Shown: positions 17,210 through 25,873 of the stretch, one piece after another | Numbering within the stretch: the stretch's first letter is position 1 | Layout: every line of letters begins with the position of its first letter | From: Verrucomicrobia subdivision 3 bacterium UBA693 | GTDB taxonomy: Bacteria; Verrucomicrobiota; Verrucomicrobiia; Limisphaerales; UBA8199 | Length of the DNA: 64,000 nucleotides | Reading direction: 5' to 3' | Assembly: GCA_002298785.1 (NCBI GenBank) | Contig: DBMR01000059.1 | Coordinates: 123,094-187,093 of the forward strand | Notes under the pieces: generated by a model | Databases searched by the model: none | The model's input: only the letters and a program-made list of their open reading frames with translations | What the model was told of the DNA's origin: nothing | Position numbers and translations under genes: made by a program

Positions 17210-19564
17210 CTATTGCAGTGAGCCCAACCCGGCCATGCCGGAAGGTGGACGGCTTTCCGGCGCCGCGGCCCACTTGCGGTCCGGTGCTGAAGTCATTTTG
17301 AACTGAAGTTCTCCGCCAGCCAGGATTTCGTTGTGGCTGATAAATGTCCGGTTGAACGGCTTTTCATTGAAGGTGGCGCCACAGATATAGGGCTTCAGCG
17401 GACCGTTTTGTTGCGCGGTGATCGTGAAGGTCTTGCCACCTGCGACTGTGATGGTGCTGCGGTCAAATAAAGGGCTGCCGATGATGTAATTAAGGTCGCC
17501 GGGGCAGACGGGATAAAATCCGAGGGCACTGAACACATACCAGGCGGACGTCTGCCCATTGTCTTCGTCGCCACAGTAACCGTCCGGCGTGGGTGCGTAA
17601 AGTTTCCCCATGGCCCAGCGCACGCGAGACTGCGCTTTCCAGGGTTGGCCGGCGTAGTTGTATAAATAGATCATGTGCTGGATGGGTTGGTTGCCATGGG
17701 CATACTGACCCATGTCCGCGGCCACCATTTCCGTCATTTCATGAATCATACCCCCGTAAGTTCCCGTGCGCACATCGCTGGATGCGGTGAAGACCGCGTC
17801 CAGCTTGGCTCCGAAAGCATCGTCGCCGCCCAGCATTTTTGCGAGGCCAGGAATGTCGTGGAATACGCACCAGGTCCAATGCCACGAACAGCCTTCGGTA
17901 AACGGACCACCCCATTCATTCGGATAGAACGGTTCCACCCATGAACCGTCGGCTTTGCGTCCGCGAACGAAGCCAATCTTTGCGTCGAAAACATTCGTCC
18001 AGTTCATCGCTTTGCGCGCAAAGGTCTGGGCCTCGGCGGTGCGCCCAGCCGCAAGGGCGAGTTTGGCCGAACAGTAATCGTTATACGCGAATTCCAGGGT
18101 CTTCGCCGTGGCTTCGCCAAAACTGGTTTCGCCTTTAACCGGCGAGTAAGGCACGTAGCCAATACTATGGTAAAACTTGGCACCATCCCGGCCGATAGTA
18201 GAAATCGGACCGCTGTTATTGGCGTCATGCACCATGACGTCGACGGCTTTGCCGACATCAAAGGATTGGACGCCTTTAACCCAGCCGTCGGCCAACAACG
18301 AAAAGGCGTTATTGCCCACCATGCACTCGCGATGACCAGGGCTCGCCCAGGCCGGCAGCCAGCCGCTTTGATCCGCGGCATTGAGCAGACCCTGTAAAAT
18401 CTCGGCGTTCACCTCGGGGTAGAGCAGATTGTAGAGCGGTTGGGCGGCACGGAACGTGTCCCAAAAGCCGCTGTCGGTGTAGAGCACACCTTCATGTACC
18501 TTGCCGTCATAAGGGCTGAAATAGACCGGCTTTCCTTGCTCGTTCATTTCATAAAATTTGTGCGGGAACAAGGTGCAGCGATAAAGACAACTGTAAAACG
18601 TGCGGCGTTGCTCGTCCGAACCGCCTTCAACGCGGGCGCGTCCCAGCATTTCATTCCAGCGCGCCTCGGCGCGTTGTCGTACCCGGTCAAAATCCGCATC
18701 GCCGATTTCCTGCTGGAGACTTCGAAGCGCCTGTTCCGGACTGATGAACGAGGAGGCGATCTTGCAGCCCACGACTTTCGTCGCGCTCGTGTCGAATTTC
18801 ACAAACGCTCCGGCTTGCTTGCCCGCCAGTTGGTTTTGGCCAGCCTTGATTCCGTCCGCCGACCAGACTCCACTCGCCGCGAAAGGTTGGTCAAAGATGA
18901 TGACGAAATAATTGCTCGAATAGATGTCCGGCACTTGCCCGCAGTGATAGCGGACCGCTCCAGTAATTCTTCTCTCACCGGCATTGATTTCCACCGACGC
19001 GCCTTTGTCGAAGCTGTCGAACACGACATAGGAGTTGCCAGGCTGGTCAAAGGTAAACCGGAAGCGGGCACAACGTTCGGTGGGAGTGACCTCGGTTTGC
19101 ACCTTCCAGGTGTCCAGGTAAACGCTGTAGTAGCTCGGTTGCGCGGTCTCCTTCGCATGCGCGAAATCGGACGCTCGATCATTTTCGTTCACCACCAACT
19201 CACCGGAGACCGGCATCAGGGAAAACATGGCGTAATCTCCGATCCACGGACTTGGCTGATGCGTTTGCCGAATGCCGCGAATTTTGGTGCTGGGATATTG
19301 GTAGAAAAATGAATCGCGCTGCGGTTGGGTGTAAGGGGCCCAGGTGTTCATGGGGAACGGCAGCCCGATCGCCGGATATTCGTTGCCGTGGGAGAAACCA
19401 CCCGTGGAGTCCGTGCCCATCAGGGGATTGACCAAAGTTACCAGCGGCTTGATCGCGGCTGAGGCGGGAGTGGGCTCCGCAGACGCAGGCGGCGCAAACT
19501 CAACGCCGCCGATCAACCAGGCGAGAGCAAGGGGAAACAACCGTGTTCGCAGATTTATTTTCAT
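17210..19564 (-). CDS. glycoside hydrolase family 92 (alpha-1,2-mannosidase-like), secreted
   Basis: Signal peptide; LVNPLMGTDSTGGFSHGNEYPAIGLPFPMNTWAPYT is the GH92 N-terminal signature. The 784-aa size fits. Confidence 0.85.
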   Translation of the reverse strand: MKINLRTRLFPLALAWLIGGVEFAPPASAEPTPASAAIKPLVTLVNPLMGTDSTGGFSHGNEYPAIGLPFPMNTWAPYTQPQRDSFFYQYPSTKIRGIRQTHQPSPWIGDYAMFSLMPVSGELVVNENDRASDFAHAKETAQPSYYSVYLDTWKVQTEVTPTERCARFRFTFDQPGNSYVVFDSFDKGASVEINAGERRITGAVRYHCGQVPDIYSSNYFVIIFDQPFAASGVWSADGIKAGQNQLAGKQAGAFVKFDTSATKVVGCKIASSFISPEQALRSLQQEIGDADFDRVRQRAEARWNEMLGRARVEGGSDEQRRTFYSCLYRCTLFPHKFYEMNEQGKPVYFSPYDGKVHEGVLYTDSGFWDTFRAAQPLYNLLYPEVNAEILQGLLNAADQSGWLPAWASPGHRECMVGNNAFSLLADGWVKGVQSFDVGKAVDVMVHDANNSGPISTIGRDGAKFYHSIGYVPYSPVKGETSFGEATAKTLEFAYNDYCSAKLALAAGRTAEAQTFARKAMNWTNVFDAKIGFVRGRKADGSWVEPFYPNEWGGPFTEGCSWHWTWCVFHDIPGLAKMLGGDDAFGAKLDAVFTASSDVRTGTYGGMIHEMTEMVAADMGQYAHGNQPIQHMIYLYNYAGQPWKAQSRVRWAMGKLYAPTPDGYCGDEDNGQTSAWYVFSALGFYPVCPGDLNYIIGSPLFDRSTITVAGGKTFTITAQQNGPLKPYICGATFNEKPFNRTFISHNEILAGGELQFKMTSAPDRKWAAAPESRPPSGMAGLGSLQ

Positions 19565-19832
19565 AATTCACTTGTCACGGCGGGTGAGTCTAATTGAGGA
19601 GCCCAGTTCGTCGCCAGAACTTTATAATTCAGTCGTCAAACCTCTTCGGCCGGAAATTCAAGGAAACCGGAGTCGAAGGCGCAGTTAATGAAATGTTGCG
19701 GAAGCGGAACCGAAGAAACCACAGATTTTCACGGAATGCGGCGGCTCACAAACTGCTGAACGCTCGTGGAGGCCATTACGAGACCAGGTCGGAAACCGTG
19801 AAGAGGAAGATTCATCCCTGCCAATAAAAAGG

Positions 19833-19910
19833 TGGTCGGAGCGACAGGATTTGAACCTGCGACGTCTTGGTCCCAAACCAAGTGCTCTAGCCAGGCTGAG
19901 CTACGCTCCG
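19833..19910 (-). tRNA. tRNA-Pro (anticodon TGG)
   Basis: The reverse complement gives CGGAGCGTAGCTCAGCCTGGCTAGAGCACTTGGTTTGGGACCAAGACGTCGCAGGTTCAAATCCTGTCGCTCCGACCA. Acceptor stem CGGAGCG/CGCTCCG, anticodon loop TTTGGGA, T-loop GTTCAAATC, encoded CCA. Confidence 0.9.
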
Positions 19911-20050
19911 GTAACCGTTGGGAGTATCCCAGCAACGGCGACCCAAAGCAACGAGTTTCTCCGAGACCTTGAATTCGCGATTCGTCAGCTCCATTTCGGT
20001 GACAGAAGGAAGCTTGTAATGCGCGCGCGCCAGCAATAGAAGCGGCGTCG

Positions 20051-21382
20051 GTGCGAGCATCCCCACGACCTTTCCTCATGGCTATGAATGCTGCCGATGC
20101 TCTACATAAGTTGGCTCCGGGCTGGACGATGGAACGGTGCGTGCTAAAATACTCTGGTATGTCGATTGAAGCCCCAGGTGGACCCAAAAAAGTGAATCTG
20201 CGTCGCCCCGATATTATGACGGCGGTGCAAGCCCAGGTCCTTTCCCATTATCGCAGCGACATGGTCGAGCGCATTCGTGCGAATGGCCATATTTTGTCGG
20301 CAGGCGACTTAACCGTGAAGTTGGCGAAGGAATTTGGATTTTGTTACGGAGTGGAGCGAGCGATCGATCTGGCCTACGCAGCGTGCAAGGCTTATCCGGA
20401 CCGACGGATTTTTTTGCTGGGAGAGATTATTCATAATCCGGAGGTAAATGACCAGTTGCGGCGGATGGGGATCGTCACGATCGCCGGGAAGCCCAAAGAT
20501 GAGGAGATCAACCAGTTGACTCCGGAAGACCTGGTAATCATCCCCGCCTTTGGGACGGAGGTCGCCACGCGTCGCAAGTTGGAGGAGAAAGGCTGTCTGT
20601 TCGTGGACACGACGTGCGGGGACGTGATGAGCGTGTGGAAGCGCGTGCGGCAGTATTCCAAGGACGCGGTTACCAGCATTATTCATGGCAAGGCGTGGCA
20701 TGAAGAGACGATGGCGACAAGTTCCCAGGCGCGTTCCAGCGGGAGCGGACACTACCTGGTGGTCTTCACCCTGGCAGAGACCGACTATGTTTGTAACTAC
20801 ATCCTGCACGGAGGATCGAAGGAAGAGTTTCTTCAGAAATTTAAAGGAGGCTACTCCGAGGGATTTGATCCGGACCACCATTTGAAAGCCATCGGGGTCG
20901 CAAATCAGACGACGATGCTGCGGGGCGAGACCGAGGACGTGCAGCGCCGGTTAAAGGCGGCCATGGTCCAGAAGTATGGTGAGGCGGAAATTCACCATCA
21001 TTTCCGTTTCTTCGACACGATCTGTGGGGCAACGCAAGACCGCCAGGATGCGTTGCAGAAACTATTGCTTCAACCCCTGGATTTGCTCCTGGTCGTGGGT
21101 GGCTATAATTCTTCGAATACTTCGCACCTGGCGGAAATGGGCGAGGCGAAGCTGCCAACCTATTTCATCAAAAACGCGGCCAAGATGGAGTCGGTTAAAC
21201 TCATTCGACACTACAATCAGCATATACATCAAGAGGTTGAGACGCTCGACTGGCTGCCGCAACGAAAGCTCACCGTGGGCATCACCGCCGGGGCCTCCTG
21301 TCCGAATAACCTGATTGAGGATACCATCCGGCGCTTGTTCGAGTTGCGGGGCATATCCGTGCAACAGTTGCTGGCGGCCTGA
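20051..21382 (+). CDS. ispH: 4-hydroxy-3-methylbut-2-enyl diphosphate reductase (IspH/LytB), long form with N-terminal extension
   Basis: ..LAKEFGFCYGVERAIDLAY.. is the first conserved Cys block and ..HNPEVNDQLRRMGI.. matches the IspH core. There are several candidate start codons; the N-terminal extension is 45-90 aa depending on which is used. Confidence 0.85.
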   Translation: MRASPRPFLMAMNAADALHKLAPGWTMERCVLKYSGMSIEAPGGPKKVNLRRPDIMTAVQAQVLSHYRSDMVERIRANGHILSAGDLTVKLAKEFGFCYGVERAIDLAYAACKAYPDRRIFLLGEIIHNPEVNDQLRRMGIVTIAGKPKDEEINQLTPEDLVIIPAFGTEVATRRKLEEKGCLFVDTTCGDVMSVWKRVRQYSKDAVTSIIHGKAWHEETMATSSQARSSGSGHYLVVFTLAETDYVCNYILHGGSKEEFLQKFKGGYSEGFDPDHHLKAIGVANQTTMLRGETEDVQRRLKAAMVQKYGEAEIHHHFRFFDTICGATQDRQDALQKLLLQPLDLLLVVGGYNSSNTSHLAEMGEAKLPTYFIKNAAKMESVKLIRHYNQHIHQEVETLDWLPQRKLTVGITAGASCPNNLIEDTIRRLFELRGISVQQLLAA

Positions 21383-21410
21383 AAATCGCCCTCCCCGGGC
21401 TCACCCCACC

Positions 21411-22562
21411 ATGCTCTGCACGCGCGAAGTCCTCGAGCAAATCGAGTCCAAAACCCTGGCGCCTTACGCGCAATTCAGCGCGCAAAGTCGGGGCCGGGAA
21501 CACCGGGAAACTCCGCCGGAATGGCGGACCGAATATCAACGGGACCGGGACCGGGTGATTCATTCCCGGGCTTTTCGTCGCCTGGAGTACAAAACCCAGG
21601 TCTTCCTGAATGGTTCCGGGGATCACCTGCGGACGCGGTTGACCCATACCATCGAAGTCGCCGCCATTTCCCGCAACATCGCCCGTGCGCTCAGCCTAAA
21701 CGAAGATTTGGCGGAGACAATCGCGCTGGCGCATGATCTCGGGCATTCCCCGTTTGGGCATAAGGGCGAAACCGTTCTCGATCGCTTGATGAAAAAGCAT
21801 GGCGGGTTTGAGCACAACCGTCAGAGTCTGAGGATCGTGGAGGAGTTGGAGCAGAAGTACCCGCGCTTCTCCGGGCTGAACCTCACCTGGGAAGTCCGGG
21901 AAGGCCTCGCCAAGCATTCCCGCACGGTTCCACCGTCGGGGTCTCGGGCGGTGAGATTTCGTAATCCGTCTCTCGAAGCTCAGATCGCCAATCTGGCCGA
22001 TGAAGTGACCTATTACAGCCACGATCTGGATGATGGTTTGGATTCCGGATTACTGTCCGAGCAGCAACTCAATCGCGAGGTGCGTTTGTGGCGGCAGGCG
22101 ACCCGGACGGTCGAACGCGAATACGGCAAGTTGCCGGACGAATGCCGTCGTTACTTCATCATTCGCTGCATCATTGATCTTCAGGTCTCCGACGTCGTCA
22201 CCACTACTGAAGCGGCGGTGCAAAAGGCAAACGTGCGAAATGCGGACGAAGTCCGCCGCCAGGCTCGGCCGCTCGTGCAGTACAGCGCAGAGAGGAAGTT
22301 ATTAAACCAGGAGTTGCGCCGGTTTCTTTACAAGAACCTGTACTTCAACCCGGTGGTCAACGAGCCGCACATCCGCGCCCGGCGCATTTTGGAGGAGTTG
22401 TTTCGATATTACTCGGAAAAACCGAAGGCATTGGGAACGATGTCGCGGAAGCGTGCCCGGCGCGACGGATGGCCGCGGGCGATTTGTGACTACCTGGCTG
22501 GCATGACGGACCGCTTCGCGTTGCAAGAACACGCTCGTTTGGTAAGCCCCATGCCACACTAA
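21411..22562 (+). CDS. dgt: dGTP triphosphohydrolase-like HD-domain protein (Dgt family)
   Basis: ..FRRLEYKTQVF..RLTHTIEVAAISRNIARAL..LAHDLGHSPFGHKGE.. are dGTPase HD motifs. The Met at 21411 (MLCTREVLEQ) avoids overlap with ispH. Confidence 0.8.
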   Translation: MLCTREVLEQIESKTLAPYAQFSAQSRGREHRETPPEWRTEYQRDRDRVIHSRAFRRLEYKTQVFLNGSGDHLRTRLTHTIEVAAISRNIARALSLNEDLAETIALAHDLGHSPFGHKGETVLDRLMKKHGGFEHNRQSLRIVEELEQKYPRFSGLNLTWEVREGLAKHSRTVPPSGSRAVRFRNPSLEAQIANLADEVTYYSHDLDDGLDSGLLSEQQLNREVRLWRQATRTVEREYGKLPDECRRYFIIRCIIDLQVSDVVTTTEAAVQKANVRNADEVRRQARPLVQYSAERKLLNQELRRFLYKNLYFNPVVNEPHIRARRILEELFRYYSEKPKALGTMSRKRARRDGWPRAICDYLAGMTDRFALQEHARLVSPMPH

Positions 22563-22568
22563 GTTGGC

Positions 22569-23246
22569 CTAAGGGTTAGGGGCCTTTGGGGAAATCCGTA
22601 CCTTGCTGTTGGTAACTTGGATTGAATCCAGTTTGCCTAGTACAGCACTGGCATTCGTGCTTTCCTTCAGTAATCCTGCCAAATTCTGTTCGCGGATCTG
22701 TGCCTGGTAAATGTTAGGTAGTGGTTTGCCTCGGACGAGGATATTGGTGGCGGCAAGTTTCAAAGACCCATCCCGCAGGCCCACATGAAAATCTGCCAGC
22801 CCGTTTAAATAGCGATCCCGGAATACGGGCAGGCCAATTTCTCCCATGGGCATGCTCAGTTGGGCCCGGGCCTGGTTTCCTTCGAGCAGCACATGGACTT
22901 TGCCGCGGAGCGAAATTAATTCCGGGTTGCGCTCGATAAAGGCATTGAGTTCGTCGGCCGACAATTCCAGGGGCGACGCTGATTTTCCGTTCCTGATGGC
23001 GGCGCTGAATTCCTTTAGGCGCTCGCTAGCATCCTGGTACTGGGCGGGGGACAACGAAGAGGCTGGCAGAACTTGAGGAGCGGCGTCGGTAAATTCACGG
23101 CGCACTTTTTTTGCCATGCTGATTCCAAAAATCAAGCCCAACCCGAGCAAAACCAGAAAAACGGCCACCACGATTGCCCCGTAAAAGAGGCACCCGCGTC
23201 GCCCGGACGGATTTCGTGAATTCATAATACCCCCGGCAATAAACAC
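22569..23246 (-). CDS. hypothetical membrane-anchored protein (single N-terminal TM)
   Basis: N-terminal TM helix (LFYGAIVVAVFLVLLGLGLIF). The soluble domain has no recognised family. Confidence 0.45.
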   Translation of the reverse strand: MFIAGGIMNSRNPSGRRGCLFYGAIVVAVFLVLLGLGLIFGISMAKKVRREFTDAAPQVLPASSLSPAQYQDASERLKEFSAAIRNGKSASPLELSADELNAFIERNPELISLRGKVHVLLEGNQARAQLSMPMGEIGLPVFRDRYLNGLADFHVGLRDGSLKLAATNILVRGKPLPNIYQAQIREQNLAGLLKESTNASAVLGKLDSIQVTNSKVRISPKAPNP

Positions 23247-23436
23247 GGCCCAACCGAACCGTTCGACGGACCGATGGAAAGCCTACCGAATCGTTAATGG
23301 AATCTCCATGCTGAAGTTGGCTGTTGGATTTGCGGACTGGATTTATTACCGTGCAGCGATGGTTTGGCCGCCTAAAAGCCGTGCTCTGCGAAAATTGGAA
23401 GCAGGGTTGCAGCGTATCGGAAGTCGCGGCATTATC

Positions 23437-24903
23437 ATGGAACCAGTAAAACGTGTCGCGGCGCTACTCTGGCGTAAACTTGTTACGCGGAAGATCACAC
23501 CTGTTTCGCAATGTGCCGCCCTGGTGTTCATGAGCGGCTTAATGATCTTGTCGGGTTGTGTGACGTATCACTCAGAACCGCTGTCCCCGGAAACCACCGC
23601 CAGCAAATTTCAGGATCGTTCTCTGTCCGATCCCACGCTGCGCCCGTATATTGCCACGAATTTGGGCAAGCCTGTTCTCGAATGGCCGTTGCCGGAATGG
23701 AATTTGACTACCCTGACTCTGGCGGCGTTCTATTTGAATCCCGAGCTCGAGGTGGCTCGGGCGGGTTACCTGGTCGCAATCGCAGGGCAGACCACCGCTG
23801 CTCAGCACCCCAATCCCACGGTGACAGTTAATCCGGCCTTTAACTCCACCACGGCCGTGCCGTCGCCGTGGTTGGTGACCGCGAGTCTGGATGTGCCAAT
23901 CGAGACTGCAGGGAAACGCGCCAAGCGTCAGGCGCATGCCGCGCAACTTTCCCTCGCTGCCCAATTCTCCGTGATTCGCGCCGCGTGGGACGTGCGCACA
24001 AAGCTGCGGATGGCGCTGCTGGAGTTTTGGGGCGCGCAGCTAAACCTCAAATTGTTGCGGGAACAGCAACTGGCGGAAGCGGAAATGGTGCGCTTGCTGG
24101 ACAAGGACCAGCGAGCGGGTGGCATTTCACCGCAGGAAGTGGTGCGGGCCAGAATGGCCAGCGCGAAGACACAATTGGCCTTGCTTGAAACCGAGGGCCG
24201 CCAGGCCCAAGCGCGGACGCAACTGGCGGCAGTGATTGGAATCCCTCCCAGCGCGCTGGAGAGAGTGAGGCTTTCCCTGCGGGAATTCGATGCCTCGTTG
24301 CCGGAACTGCCTTCCACGGAGGCTCGCAAGCGAAGTTTGCTCAGCCGGACCGACGTGCTGGGTTCACTGGCAGAATACGAAGCCAGCCAGGCCGCACTCC
24401 AGTTGGAAGTCGCCAAACAATATCCCGACGTCCACCTCAGCCCAGGCTACGAATTTGACCAGGGTGACAATAAGTGGGGGTTGGGACTTGGGGTGGAGTT
24501 GCCTATTCTGAATCAAAATCGCGGGCCAATTCAGGAGGCCCAGGCTCGGCGGCATGAAGCTGCCGCCCGGTTCAATGCCCTGCAGGCAAGAGTGCTCACC
24601 GAGGTGGAGACAGCCTTGTCGGAGTTTGATAACGCGCGTCGAAAACTGTCCGCTGCCGCAGCGATTCTAGAACAAGCTCAAAAACAACAGCGTGCCAATG
24701 AATCCCTGTTCAAGGCTGGCGAGATTTCGCGGCAGACGCTGGCTTCAGTCCGCCTGGAGAGCGTGGACGCTGCCAGGGCGCAAGCGGACGCTCGCATCAA
24801 AGCCCAACATGCCTTGGGCGCTCTTGAAGCGGCACTGGAAAGCCCCCTGGATTTTTCCGTCGACACCGCATCGCTCCACACGAACATCCCATCCCGCCCA
24901 TGA
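23437..24903 (+). CDS. RND-efflux outer-membrane factor (TolC/NodT/CzcC-family lipoprotein)
   Basis: A lipobox (LMILSGC) follows the internal Met at 23437. ..AAFYLNPELEVARAGYLVA.. and paired coiled-coil/beta-barrel repeats are typical of outer-membrane efflux proteins. The stop overlaps the start of the adaptor gene. Confidence 0.75.
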   Translation: MEPVKRVAALLWRKLVTRKITPVSQCAALVFMSGLMILSGCVTYHSEPLSPETTASKFQDRSLSDPTLRPYIATNLGKPVLEWPLPEWNLTTLTLAAFYLNPELEVARAGYLVAIAGQTTAAQHPNPTVTVNPAFNSTTAVPSPWLVTASLDVPIETAGKRAKRQAHAAQLSLAAQFSVIRAAWDVRTKLRMALLEFWGAQLNLKLLREQQLAEAEMVRLLDKDQRAGGISPQEVVRARMASAKTQLALLETEGRQAQARTQLAAVIGIPPSALERVRLSLREFDASLPELPSTEARKRSLLSRTDVLGSLAEYEASQAALQLEVAKQYPDVHLSPGYEFDQGDNKWGLGLGVELPILNQNRGPIQEAQARRHEAAARFNALQARVLTEVETALSEFDNARRKLSAAAAILEQAQKQQRANESLFKAGEISRQTLASVRLESVDAARAQADARIKAQHALGALEAALESPLDFSVDTASLHTNIPSRP

Positions 24904-25856
24904 AACGATTCTTCCCTGCTGTATTGTTCGGGCTGATCCTGGCAGGTGCCCTGGCTTGGTTCTTCATTCCTTCAAGAAAAGAGAGCCAACCGGAAACCAA
25001 GCCGGTCACGACGGAAAAGCCGTCCTCGGGATTGAACCTGAGCCAGGAGCAGCAAAAAGCGGCGGGGATTGCTTTTGCCAAGCCCGCTAGGGCCGAGTTG
25101 GAGCCTGAGATCAAAGCCTATGGTCGCGTGTTGGATGCGAGTGGTTTGGCCACGGCGGTCGCCGAATTTGCTGCCGCCCAGGCTACCTTTTCTGCCTCCA
25201 GCAAGGAGTTTGAGCGGCAGAAACAGATCGGGGAGGATGGCGCAGCCAAGGCCCTGGAGGCGGCCGAGGCCGCGCAAGGTCGTGACCGGGCCGCAGTGGA
25301 CCTGGTGCGGGCGAAATTGTGGGCGAATTGGGGGCCTGACCTTTGTGCCCGTGCGGATTTGGCGGAGTTGAGCCGTTCGATTTTGCTGCAACAAAGCGCA
25401 TTAGTGCGGGTGGATATGAACGCCAGCGAGCTGCTCAAGGGCAAACCGGGCAAGGTGAGCGTTACGTCGAGCTCCGGTGGGAAGCAGTGGGAAGCAGAAT
25501 TCGTTGGATCGGCCTCGGCTGCCGATCTACAGGCGCAGGGGGCGGCCTTCTTCCTCTTGATACGCGGAAGCCCGCCGTTGCCGGGAACGCTGGTATTTGC
25601 ACGGCTGCGAGGGCAGGGTCAGACCCAAGGCGGGTTCAGACTGCCACGGACGGCGGTCCTGCAGTATGAGGGGAAAACCTGGATTTATGGGCATGAGGGA
25701 GAGGAAAAGTTCGAGCGCAAACCAGTGGAGGTGTGGCGTTGGGAAGCCGACTCGGTCTTGGTCGTCGGGAATCTTGACTCGGAGATGGAGATCGTCGTTT
25801 CCGGGGCTCAGCAATTGCTCTCCGAGGAAATGAGAACCTCCAACACGCCTGAATAG
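24900..25856 (+). CDS. RND-efflux periplasmic adaptor (membrane fusion protein, HlyD/CzcB-like)
   Basis: N-terminal TM anchor, then a coiled-coil hairpin (..AEFAAAQATFSASSKEFERQKQIGEDGAAKALEAAEAAQ..) and a beta-barrel C-terminus. It sits between the OMF and RND pump genes. Confidence 0.7.
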   Translation: MKRFFPAVLFGLILAGALAWFFIPSRKESQPETKPVTTEKPSSGLNLSQEQQKAAGIAFAKPARAELEPEIKAYGRVLDASGLATAVAEFAAAQATFSASSKEFERQKQIGEDGAAKALEAAEAAQGRDRAAVDLVRAKLWANWGPDLCARADLAELSRSILLQQSALVRVDMNASELLKGKPGKVSVTSSSGGKQWEAEFVGSASAADLQAQGAAFFLLIRGSPPLPGTLVFARLRGQGQTQGGFRLPRTAVLQYEGKTWIYGHEGEEKFERKPVEVWRWEADSVLVVGNLDSEMEIVVSGAQQLLSEEMRTSNTPE

Positions 25857-25873
25857 CCGGCAGCGCTAATTCC

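Noticed and set aside
19594-20187. Short ORFs around tRNA-Pro (19594-19827 +, 19729-20187 -)
   Set aside because: They overlap the tRNA gene, lie in the ispH promoter region, and have no motifs. They are probably non-coding.
23308-23436. N-terminal 43 aa of the TolC-like ORF (MLKLAVGFADWIYYRAAMVWPPKSRALRKLEAG..)
   Set aside because: It precedes a canonical lipoprotein signal (LMILSGC) that starts at the Met at 23437, so the upstream extension is probably not translated.
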